DNA from: Archangiaceae bacterium
GTDB lineage: Bacteria > Myxococcota > Myxococcia > Myxococcales > Myxococcaceae
Length of the DNA: 15,612 bases
Direction: 5' to 3'
Assembly: GCA_043750125.1 (NCBI GenBank)
Contig: JAYVCD010000451.1
Span: 1-15,612 of the forward strand
Below, piece by piece: positions 8,040-15,479 of this stretch. Made by a program: the position numbers and the translations under genes. Under the pieces are notes generated by a model. That model was given only the letters and a program-made list of their open reading frames with translations. It ran no database searches and had not been told where the DNA came from. How positions within the stretch are numbered: position 1 is the first letter of the stretch; each line of letters starts with the position of its first letter.

Positions 8040-9230
8040 TCAGCGCACTTCGATGAAGAAGCTTTGCGAGGCGACAATCGGGAGGCCGAATTTTTCGGCG
8101 ATGCCCGCTTGAAGCTCGTTCGGCAGGCGCCAGGTCTGCCCTGAAATCTGCAACACGGTGATCGCGTAGCGGCCCCTGGGAATCGTCTTCAGCGGCTGCG
8201 GCGCGAGGGGGTTCGAGAGGTCGTACGCCTGGGGCTTGAGCACCAGCTTCAGGCGCGCCACCGGCACCGGCGTGGTCCGAACCATTCCGGTGATCGAATC
8301 GCTCAGCAGCGGGGCGAGGTCCGTCGGGTCGAAGCCGGCGGCGATCACCACCGCATCGGGCTTTCCGTCTGCCGCGATGGCCGCCCCGGTCATCGGGTTG
8401 ACGTGCTCGTAGTCTTCGCCCGTCGCGTCGAGCACCCCATTCTTGTCGAGGTCGTTCTCGTCGAGCAGCGGGTTGGCCCCGTTCGACAGCTTGCGCACCA
8501 GCACCTTCGGCCACATGTCCGGGACGCCGTCTTTGTTTGCGTCGTCGGGAATGCCGTTGCCATCGTCGTCGATGAATTTGGCGAGGAAGGCGGGTTGGGC
8601 CTGGTGGATGACGCCGACGTTGATCGGCAGCGGCTCGAGCTCGAGGACCTGCGGGCCGGCAGAGGCGGTGAGGACGTAGGACGCCAGGCCTCCGACGATG
8701 TCGAAGCTCGGTCGGTCGACGGGGACCAGCGCGGTGTCCCCGAAGCTCACCGGAACATCGAGGGCCGGGCTCTTCACTTCGACGAGAATTTCCCGATTCG
8801 CGCGGGTGGTCGGCTCGATCGCCGCTCCGCCAACGTCTCCGGCGTTCACCTGCGAAGTCACGTCGTACCAGGGGATGAAGTCGACGTTGCTGTCGATGAA
8901 GCCCCGCACCAGGTATTTTCCAGCGGGCACGAGGCTGAAGGCGAACGGCGCCGTGAAGGGCCCGGTGTCTCCGTCCAGAGCCCGGCCGAACACTTCGTCG
9001 CGGGACAGCACGGTGAAGCTGACGGGCCGCCCGCTGCCCGCGGGCGGAGGGGGCCGCGCCGCGTCGAACAGAAAGACCACCACGTTGCCGCGCGCTTTGC
9101 TCGAGACCACCACCGAGCCTTCGATGCGCGACAGCTCGGTGTTCTGACGGCGGTCGGCGGTGGGAAAGACCGGCGGCGCATCGCACCCCAGCAACACAGC
9201 GGACAGCAGGCAGGGCCACAGCGCTTTCAT
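8040..9230 (-). CDS. Putative lipoprotein, 396 aa, with Dx[DN]x[DN]G calcium-binding-like loops; candidate TBDR partner
   Basis: ATG 9230 overlaps the receptor stop (ATGA). Lipobox LLG-C. Prealbumin/Ig-like pattern (RIEGSVVV..PFAFSLVPAGKYLVRGFID). Acidic loops DDDGNGIPD, DANKDGVPD, DLDKNGVLD. Confidence 0.85.
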   Translation of the reverse strand: MKALWPCLLSAVLLGCDAPPVFPTADRRQNTELSRIEGSVVVSSKARGNVVVFLFDAARPPPPAGSGRPVSFTVLSRDEVFGRALDGDTGPFTAPFAFSLVPAGKYLVRGFIDSNVDFIPWYDVTSQVNAGDVGGAAIEPTTRANREILVEVKSPALDVPVSFGDTALVPVDRPSFDIVGGLASYVLTASAGPQVLELEPLPINVGVIHQAQPAFLAKFIDDDGNGIPDDANKDGVPDMWPKVLVRKLSNGANPLLDENDLDKNGVLDATGEDYEHVNPMTGAAIAADGKPDAVVIAAGFDPTDLAPLLSDSITGMVRTTPVPVARLKLVLKPQAYDLSNPLAPQPLKTIPRGRYAITVLQISGQTWRLPNELQAGIAEKFGLPIVASQSFFIEVR

Positions 9231-11725
9231 GGAGTCACCGAGATCGTCGCGAACACGCGGCGGTTGACCAGATTTCCAAACGGATGCTCTGCGTGGGTCG
9301 GGCCCAACTGCGAGCCGACCACCGCGACGGTCACCCGATCTTTCAACAGTCGGTAGCCGATTCGCGCGTTGATCACCGCGTAGCCCCCGAGGGCATTGCT
9401 GACATTCGAGATGCGCGTCGGGTCTTCGGCCGCCGGCTCGCGCTCGACCCAGGTCGTGGACGAGGTGTACGCAGCGTCGATCGAGAAATCGAGGTTCACC
9501 GGGGTCTGGTACCAGATGCCGCCAAACACCTTGACCGTGGGCGCCTGGCTGCAGGGGCCACACACCGCGGTGGTGTTGCTGGCGATGTTCTGGATCGCCG
9601 TCGACAACCGAAGATCGAGCCCGGTGATGATGCTCCACTTGAAGCCGAGCTCGCCGCCGCGGGCGGTGTAGGTGACCGGGTCATTTTGAAAGACCGATCG
9701 CCCCAGCAGGTACGACTGGCTGGTCGGGTCGTACGCTTGATCTGCCGACACCGGATTCACCGCCGTCAGCGCGATCAAGCTGTCGACCACGTTCCAGTAC
9801 AGCGCGAGGTCGTATTCCAGGCCCAGCCGGGCCAGCTCTCCGCGCCAGCCGACTTCGAACGCGAGCATCCGCTCGGGCCGCAGGGTGCGCGCGCCCTGGG
9901 TGAGCACTGAGGCCCCATTCACCCCCGGCACCGGGGTGCGGATCTCCATGTAGCTCTCGAGGAAAGTCGGTTCGCGAAACGCGGTCGCGAAGCTGGCGCG
10001 CAGGGCCTGGCCTTCGACCGGCTGCCACAGCAGCGACAGCCGCGGCGACTGGGCGTAGCCGGGTTTTCCGTTGTCGAGCAGCGGGTGGTAGTCGATGCGG
10101 TAGCTGCCGAGCAGGGTGAGCGAAGAGATCGGCCGGTACTCTTCCTGGACGAAGGCGGCGCCGTGAATTTCCTGCTGCAGCGGCCCGGTGAAGGTCCAGG
10201 CCAGCCGCTTGAAGCGCGACGAGATTCCCGCGGTCAGCCGGTGCGTTCCGAGCAGGGTGAAGTCGTGCTGAAACACCGCTTCGGCGTCGAAGACATTCGA
10301 TTCCAGAGTGGTCGCCAGCGAGCGCTGTCCGATCGGGGAGTACTGGGGGCCCGCGGCGGCCGACAGGTAGTTCCAGAACAGCTTCACCTTCACCGGGCCG
10401 ACCGAGAGGTCGGTTTTCACGTAGCCGACGACGCCATCGAGGGAGAAGTTTCGCAGCAACCCCAGCGGGTAGATCTCGGTGTAGACCCGGTTGATCCCGG
10501 CCGAGGCGCTGACGTTGGCGGCCCTGGAAAACGAGAACATCGTGGTGAGGTTGGCGCGGGCCGAGCGCATTCCCAGCGAAGGGCTCACCCCGTGAGAGGT
10601 CACGTCGGGCCGGTTTTCTTCGTAGTCGCGACTGAACTTGTCGGCTTGCCCGTAGCCGACCGAGGCGCGGTACCGCAGCCGGTCGCCTCCCGACCCGACG
10701 AAGCTTCCTCCGGCGGTGTTGCTGCTGCCTGCCCAGCCAGTGAATGAGGCCCGCGGGCCGGTGCCCGGGGAGCGGGTGATGATGTTGATCACCCCGAGCA
10801 TCGCGTTCGCCCCGTACAGCGCGCTGCCCGGCCCGCGAATGACTTCGATGCGTTCGATTTCGTCGAGCCCGACCGGGATCGCCGGCCACAGCGTCAGCCC
10901 GAGGAAGTCCTGATACTCGGTGCGCCCATCGAGCAGCACCAACACCTTGTTGGCCAGCCGCTGGTTGAAGCCGCGGATGCTGACGTTGTAGCTGCCCACT
11001 CCCATCGCCATCACTTCGGCGCCGGGCACGCGGCGCAGCAGCTCGGGCAGGGTGGTCGCTCCGGACATTCGAATTTCTTCGGCGGTGATCACCGTCGTCG
11101 CGTTGGGCGCTTCGAGGCTCGACTGGGCCCGTCGCGACGCGGTGACGACGGTCTCTTCATACGGAACGGCCGAGGTGTCTTCGACCAACTCGTCGGGCCC
11201 TTCGGGGTTGGTCCTCGGCTCGGCCCGCGGCTTTTCGGCCTCGCTGGTGCGCGCCTCGGCCCGGCTGACCGCATTCTCGAGGCGCTCGGCCAGTGCGTTC
11301 AGGCGGGCCACCGTCGCTTCGTCTGTCGCGGAAGAGGAGACCTTCGGCTCGTCCTTTCGCGGTCGGGTCTCGACCCGGGCGGGCGGCTCTTCCTTGCGCG
11401 GCAGCTTCGCTTCCAGCCGGGCAATCGCCTGCTGCACTGCGTTCGCATCAGGCGGGTCGGTGTCCAGATAGGCGCGGTAGTTGAGCAGCGCATCGACCGG
11501 CCGCCCCGCGCTCTCGTAGGCCTTGGCCATGTTGTAGAGGACGTTCGGGTGCGGCTTGATCTTGTACGCCGCGCGCAGCTGTTCGATGCCTTCGTCCAGC
11601 CGGCCGTCGTTGATCATCGCCATTCCGATGCGGAAGCGCTTTTTGGCTTCCTGGCGGGCGTCGGCAAGAACCAGCGTGGGGATCAACACCAACACCACTG
11701 CCCACCAACGATTGAGACGAGTCAC
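9227..11725 (-). CDS. TonB-dependent outer-membrane receptor, 832 aa, with N-terminal TPR-like domain
   Basis: Signal peptide, then TPR-like helices (EAKKRFRIGMAMINDGRLDEGIEQLRAAYKIKPHPNVLYNMAKAYESAGRPVDALLNYRAYL). TonB box-like EETVVTASR. Plug signature IERIEVIRGPGSALYGANAMLGVINIIT. Barrel motifs ATAFREPTFLESY and LRPERMLAFEVG. GTG overlaps the kinase stop (GTGA). Confidence 0.93.
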   Translation of the reverse strand: MTRLNRWWAVVLVLIPTLVLADARQEAKKRFRIGMAMINDGRLDEGIEQLRAAYKIKPHPNVLYNMAKAYESAGRPVDALLNYRAYLDTDPPDANAVQQAIARLEAKLPRKEEPPARVETRPRKDEPKVSSSATDEATVARLNALAERLENAVSRAEARTSEAEKPRAEPRTNPEGPDELVEDTSAVPYEETVVTASRRAQSSLEAPNATTVITAEEIRMSGATTLPELLRRVPGAEVMAMGVGSYNVSIRGFNQRLANKVLVLLDGRTEYQDFLGLTLWPAIPVGLDEIERIEVIRGPGSALYGANAMLGVINIITRSPGTGPRASFTGWAGSSNTAGGSFVGSGGDRLRYRASVGYGQADKFSRDYEENRPDVTSHGVSPSLGMRSARANLTTMFSFSRAANVSASAGINRVYTEIYPLGLLRNFSLDGVVGYVKTDLSVGPVKVKLFWNYLSAAAGPQYSPIGQRSLATTLESNVFDAEAVFQHDFTLLGTHRLTAGISSRFKRLAWTFTGPLQQEIHGAAFVQEEYRPISSLTLLGSYRIDYHPLLDNGKPGYAQSPRLSLLWQPVEGQALRASFATAFREPTFLESYMEIRTPVPGVNGASVLTQGARTLRPERMLAFEVGWRGELARLGLEYDLALYWNVVDSLIALTAVNPVSADQAYDPTSQSYLLGRSVFQNDPVTYTARGGELGFKWSIITGLDLRLSTAIQNIASNTTAVCGPCSQAPTVKVFGGIWYQTPVNLDFSIDAAYTSSTTWVEREPAAEDPTRISNVSNALGGYAVINARIGYRLLKDRVTVAVVGSQLGPTHAEHPFGNLVNRRVFATISVTP

Positions 11726-13251
11726 TGGTACGGGTCGTCCTTGTAGCCCGGCGGGTTGGGTTCGCTCTTCTTCACGGTCGGCTTCTTGATTTTGACCAAC
11801 GTCTGCTTCACCACGACCGCTGGCGCGGGGCCCTGGGCGGTGACGGTGACACTCTGGTAGCCCTCGAGCGCGAGGGTCAGGTCGGTCGAGGCCAGATGAT
11901 TTGCCCCGGGCAACAGCGAAAAATTCAACGGCGTCACCCCGAGCAGAACGCCCAGACGGATCACACTGGCCCCCGCAGGAGTGGTCGAGACCAGGAAAGA
12001 AATCGGCGAATCCGCCTCGGGCGGGGCCTCGGCCTCTCGGGGCGAGACGGCGAGCGAGGCCGGAGGCTTGATCGCCACTGCCGGCGGGGGCCCGGACACT
12101 TCAGGGCTGCGCAGAGCGAAAAAGAGGACCCCCAGCGCCAGCACTGCGAGCACGAGACCCGCGGCGATCCCGATCTGGCGCTGACGGTTTTTTCTCGCTA
12201 CCGGGCCGGTGTCTTCCCAGGGAATCTCGATTGCCCCGGTGGGCCGACCGGCGCGCGTCAGCTCGGCGGGGGTCATCAGCATCGACGGCGAGACCACCTT
12301 CACCGCCTGCGACGACGAGGTCCGGTAGACCATCGAGCGCGGGTCGGCGAACGCTCCCGACATTCCCGCGTTGGCGCCGGTCAGCTGCAGCGCCTCGAGC
12401 AGCTCTTCCATCGATTGAAAGCGGAGGGCGGGTTCCTTCTCGAGGCACTTCATCACCAGGGCGTTCACTTCGACGGGCAGGTCGGGCACCAGGGATTTCA
12501 GCGACGCCGGCTTCTCGCGAATGTGTTTGACGATGATGTCGATCGATTCTTTCCCGGTGAAGGGGGGCTTGCCTCCGATGCATTGGTAGAGCAGCACGCC
12601 CAGCGCGTAGATGTCGCTGCGGGCGTCGGCCTCGTTGCGTGCCTGCTCGGGCGCCATGTACAGCGGCGAGCCGAGCAGGACCCCGGCCTGGGTCAATTCG
12701 TTATCGGTGGGGGACAGTGGCCCGTCGGGCAGCAGCGACTTGACCAGGCCGAAGTCGAGCACCTTCACCATCTCGGAATCGGTCTCCTCGGTCAGCAGCA
12801 TCACGTTCGCGGGCTTGAGATCGCGGTGGATCATTCCCGCCTTGTGCGCTTCCCGCAGCGAACGGGCGATCTGCCCTGCGATGTGCAGCGCTTTGGGCCA
12901 GGGAAGAATCAGGTCCCGGGCCAGCCGCGCCTGGAGCGTCTCGCCTTCGACGTATTCCATCGCGATGTAATAGATGCCGTCGTCGGTGCGGCCGTAGTCG
13001 TGGACGGTGATGGTGTTGGGGTGGTGCAGCTTCGCGGTCATCGCTGCTTCGAGGAAGAAGCGGCGTTCGAAACCGGGGTCCTTGGTACCCGAATACCGGG
13101 GGTTCAAGACTTTCAGCGCGACAATGCGGTCGAGCGGCGACTGGAGCGCCTTGTACACCTTCCCCATCCCGCCCACGCCGAGCGGTTCGAGAATTGTAAA
13201 TCGCTCGTTGAGAATCTTGCCGATGAGCGGATCCGGCGACAACTCAGCCAT
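11722..13251 (-). CDS. Membrane-anchored Hanks-type Ser/Thr protein kinase (Pkn-like), 509 aa, with extracytoplasmic PEGA-like domain
   Basis: LGVGGMGKV, VALKVL, HRDLKPAN, DFG, YMAPE and DIYALG are all intact. TM IGIAAGLVLAVLALGVLFFAL. PEGA-like STTPAGASV..LLGVTP..LEGYQ. Tail GYKDDPYQ. ATG 13251 has a GGGGA SD upstream. Confidence 0.95.
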   Translation of the reverse strand: MAELSPDPLIGKILNERFTILEPLGVGGMGKVYKALQSPLDRIVALKVLNPRYSGTKDPGFERRFFLEAAMTAKLHHPNTITVHDYGRTDDGIYYIAMEYVEGETLQARLARDLILPWPKALHIAGQIARSLREAHKAGMIHRDLKPANVMLLTEETDSEMVKVLDFGLVKSLLPDGPLSPTDNELTQAGVLLGSPLYMAPEQARNEADARSDIYALGVLLYQCIGGKPPFTGKESIDIIVKHIREKPASLKSLVPDLPVEVNALVMKCLEKEPALRFQSMEELLEALQLTGANAGMSGAFADPRSMVYRTSSSQAVKVVSPSMLMTPAELTRAGRPTGAIEIPWEDTGPVARKNRQRQIGIAAGLVLAVLALGVLFFALRSPEVSGPPPAVAIKPPASLAVSPREAEAPPEADSPISFLVSTTPAGASVIRLGVLLGVTPLNFSLLPGANHLASTDLTLALEGYQSVTVTAQGPAPAVVVKQTLVKIKKPTVKKSEPNPPGYKDDPYQ

Positions 13252-13302
13252 CTCATCCCCCGCGGTGCAAAGGCGCGCCGCATCGAGGGGATTTAGCACG
13301 CG

Positions 13303-14146
13303 TTAGCCGAAGAGGCTCTTTTGCGACGAGTTCCAATTGAACCCTGGAAACGCTCCCGCAGGGTCGGGCAGTCCCAGGTGGACGCCCAGGATTTCTGCGA
13401 GGACCTGACGGATGTCGGTCGTGGCCTTCAGGTCTCTGTCCTCGTGCAACGACGCGAGGCCGGGCCAGCGGCCGTACACCTTGCCGCCGTTCACTTTTCC
13501 GCCAAAGACGAAAAGCGCCGAGGCGGTGCCGTGGTCGGTGCCCCGGGTGCCGTTCTCTCGGGCGGTGCGGCCGAACTCGGTCATCGTCACCAGGCAGACG
13601 TTTTCGAGCGCCTCGCCGAGGTCCTGGGCGAAGGCGGCCAGGCAGCCGATCAGCAGCCCGGCGACCTGTCTTGGTCTTCGCCGCGTAGACGGCGTCGGTC
13701 CACATTCCTGGCGCGGTGAAGATCGCCCGATAGGTGGCCCGAAGATCGCCGTCGGCCCGAAGGAACTCTGCGGCCACCCGGTCGACCAGGGCTTGAGGAG
13801 GATTGTCCGAGACGAGTTGTCGAGGTAGAACAGCATCGCGGGGTGCTTCGACGTGGCCCCGAGCAGGTCGCGAAAGCGCCCGAAGACGTGCAGTCGAATC
13901 GCGTCGCGCTCGTAGGCTCTCACCATCCACCGGGTGCGGCCCTTCTGGGCCGAGACGTTGAAGTGGTTGAACCAGAAGTCGACCAGCACCTCTTCGAGCT
14001 GCCGCTTCGAGTTGGCGGCCCGCAGCAGCCGGGCCTGGGTGGCCTCGAGCACCACCTGGCGAGGCAGCTCATCGCGCCCGGGCGGGTGGGGGGACAACCA
14101 CGCAACCGACGAGAGTCAACGCCACCAGTGGTCTGAGCGAGAACAC
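13303..14146 (-). pseudogene. Collapsed DUF1800 + DUF1501 gene pair (four remnant segments)
   Basis: (1) GTG 14146 MFSLRPLVALTLVG-C signal/lipobox. (2) DUF1800-like RQLEEVLVDFWFNHFNV..GRFRDLL..HPAMLFYLDN. (3) In another frame, DUF1800-like VSDNPPQALVDRVA..DGDLRA..AKTK. (4) DUF1501-like C-terminus LAAFAQDLG..MTEFGRTARENGTRGTDHG..GGKVYGRWPGL..RDLKATTDIR, stop at 13303-13305. Confidence 0.85.
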
Positions 14147-14153
14147 AGGGTTG

Positions 14154-14180
14154 ATTACACCCGGGGCGGCAAAAGGTTCG
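14154..14180 (-). promoter_or_regulatory. Candidate ECF-sigma promoter for the DUF1800 locus
   Basis: Minus strand CGAAC-CTTTTGCCGCCCCGGG-TGTAAT gives AAC-N16-TGTA, the same geometry as SigW-type TGAAAC-N16-CGTA. Lies just before GTG 14146 and next to the ECF gene. Confidence 0.45.
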
Positions 14181-14233
14181 ATTTTGAAAGGGCGTTGAAA
14201 CCAAGTGGCGCTCAGGCGCACATTGGGGACCCC

Positions 14234-14821
14234 GTGCTTCGGTTGCTGCGAAAAAGTGTGCCCGTCGAGGAGACCCCCGAAGCGGGGTTGGTGCGTCGCG
14301 CGCAAGACGGGGAAGCCGACGCGTTCCGGATCTTGTTCGAGCGCAATGTGACGGGCGTGCGTCGCTTTCTGGGCGATCTGCTGAAGGACGCGTCGGCCGC
14401 CGACGAGGCGACGCAAGAGACCTTCGTGCGCGCCCACTCTCTGTTGGGGCGGCTGAAAGACCGCGTTCGGCTGCAGGGTTTCTTGCTCGGCATCGCACGC
14501 AACGTGGCGTTCGAGCACCACCGTCGCGGACCGACGATGGAATACGTCGAAGACGAAGCGACGATCGAAGCCGTGTTGCCCGCGCCAGATCCGGAAACGC
14601 TGATGCTGGATCGCGAGCTGGCCGAAGCGTTCGCCGGAGCGTTGTCCGCGCTGAAGCCCGAGCGCCGCGCGGCTTTGCTGATGCGGGTCGATCACGGACT
14701 ACCGTACGAAGAGATCGCCGAAGCGATGGGTTGGTCGCTGCCGACGGTCAAGAACGAGATTCACCGGGCACGGCTGAAGTTGCGGCAGCTGATGCTCCCT
14801 CATGTGGGAGGCCGATCATGA
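14234..14821 (+). CDS. RNA polymerase ECF-type sigma-70 factor, 195 aa
   Basis: Region 2: LVRRAQDGEADAFRILFERN..AADEATQETFVRA..FLLGIARN. Region 4: ALSALKPERRAALLMRVDHGLPYEEIAEAMGWSLPTVKNEIHRARLKLR. GTG 14234 has GGGGA upstream. Confidence 0.93.
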   Translation: MLRLLRKSVPVEETPEAGLVRRAQDGEADAFRILFERNVTGVRRFLGDLLKDASAADEATQETFVRAHSLLGRLKDRVRLQGFLLGIARNVAFEHHRRGPTMEYVEDEATIEAVLPAPDPETLMLDRELAEAFAGALSALKPERRAALLMRVDHGLPYEEIAEAMGWSLPTVKNEIHRARLKLRQLMLPHVGGRS

Positions 14822-15288
14822 GCCGCTGTGGAAAGACCGAAGGTTTGGATGCGCTGGTGCTGGGTGAGCTGAGTGTCGCCCAGGCCACTGTGTTGGAGCT
14901 TCACACCTCGCGCTGTGCGGTGTGCCACCACGAGCTCAACTGGCTGAAGACCGAGCGGGTGATGTTCGAGCAGCGAATCGCGCGGGAGCAGGTGCAGCAG
15001 CTGTGGGAAGGGTTTGCGGCCAAGCGCGCAGTGCCGATTCGGCAGCGCACCTGGGGGCGGTGGGCGATGGCGATCGGCGTGGCCGCGTCTGCGGTGCTGA
15101 TGGTCGGGCTGTCTGCGAAGGGACGTTCTGGGTCGCTCGAGCAGGGCGAAGCCTTCGAGCTGAAGATGTCGCTGGAAGAGATGTCGCGGGACATGGGCTC
15201 GCCGCGCGACTGTTCGCAGCTGCAGCCCGGAATGGGGTTCGCCTGCGGGCCGTATCTGCCGGCGAGCTTCGTTGCGCAACGAGAGTAG
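14818..15288 (+). CDS. Zinc-binding (ZAS / zf-HC2-type) transmembrane anti-sigma factor, 156 aa
   Basis: ATG overlaps the sigma stop (ATGA). HxxxCxxC motif (HTSRCAVC). TM WAMAIGVAASAVLMVGL. Short C-terminal domain with two Cys. Confidence 0.85.
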   Translation: MSRCGKTEGLDALVLGELSVAQATVLELHTSRCAVCHHELNWLKTERVMFEQRIAREQVQQLWEGFAAKRAVPIRQRTWGRWAMAIGVAASAVLMVGLSAKGRSGSLEQGEAFELKMSLEEMSRDMGSPRDCSQLQPGMGFACGPYLPASFVAQRE

Positions 15289-15463
15289 GGTTCACATCCC
15301 AGGTGGGCACTGGGGGTGGACTGACCCCGCTCCATTTTGCACAACGGTTCGTTGACGCTGAATCCCGCCGATTTCCGGTAAGCCCCTGAAGCCGCTGGCG
15401 CGCTGGTTTTGAAACCTGTCGGGTATTGTGCGTATCGGCATCGCTTTTTGAGTTTGACGCTCT

Positions 15464-15479
15464 TGGCTTGAGCGTTGCT
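15464..15479 (+). promoter_or_regulatory. Candidate sigma54 (-24/-12) promoter
   Basis: TGGCTTGAGCGTTGCT has GG-N10-GC with TGGC and TTGCT matching the TGGCAC-N5-TTGCW consensus, 46 nt before ATG 15526. Confidence 0.55.

Noticed and set aside
6664-8112. 482-aa ORF as an intact cyclase with a long C-terminal domain
   Set aside because: Sequence after ~7380 is frameshift read-through, antisense to the 7426-8004 lipoprotein. The native-looking end is WEGISFAQSK* at 7423, and the catalytic core is incomplete.
7426-9219. 597-aa minus-strand ORF
   Set aside because: The first ~405 aa are an Arg-rich alternative frame overlapping the 8040-9230 gene. The real gene starts at ATG 8004, with an SD and lipobox.
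9551-9562. Thioredoxin domain suggested by CGPC
   Set aside because: The motif lies within barrel sequence, without the preceding Trp or any thioredoxin-fold context. Kept only as a loop CxxC.
11896-13296. 466-aa plus-strand ORF and similar long shadow ORFs (4-768, 3175-4152, 4995-6017, 8403-9356, 9681-10889)
   Set aside because: Antisense or off-frame shadows of well-supported genes, expected at high GC, with no recognisable motifs.
13303-14097. Genuine DUF1800-DUF1501 fusion protein
   Set aside because: The middle of the ORF is out of frame relative to the DUF1800-like VSDNPP segment, the signal peptide is in another frame, and large conserved blocks are missing.
11722-14821. Kinase-activated ECF (ECF43-type, as in EcfK/PknS or EcfP/PknT)
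   Set aside because: The sigma keeps acidic residues at the region 2.2 DAED-equivalent position (AADE), has its own coupled ZAS anti-sigma, and is not co-transcribed with the kinase.
15289-15328. Rho-independent terminator after the anti-sigma gene
   Set aside because: The stem is imperfect and has no immediately following U-tract, so support is insufficient.
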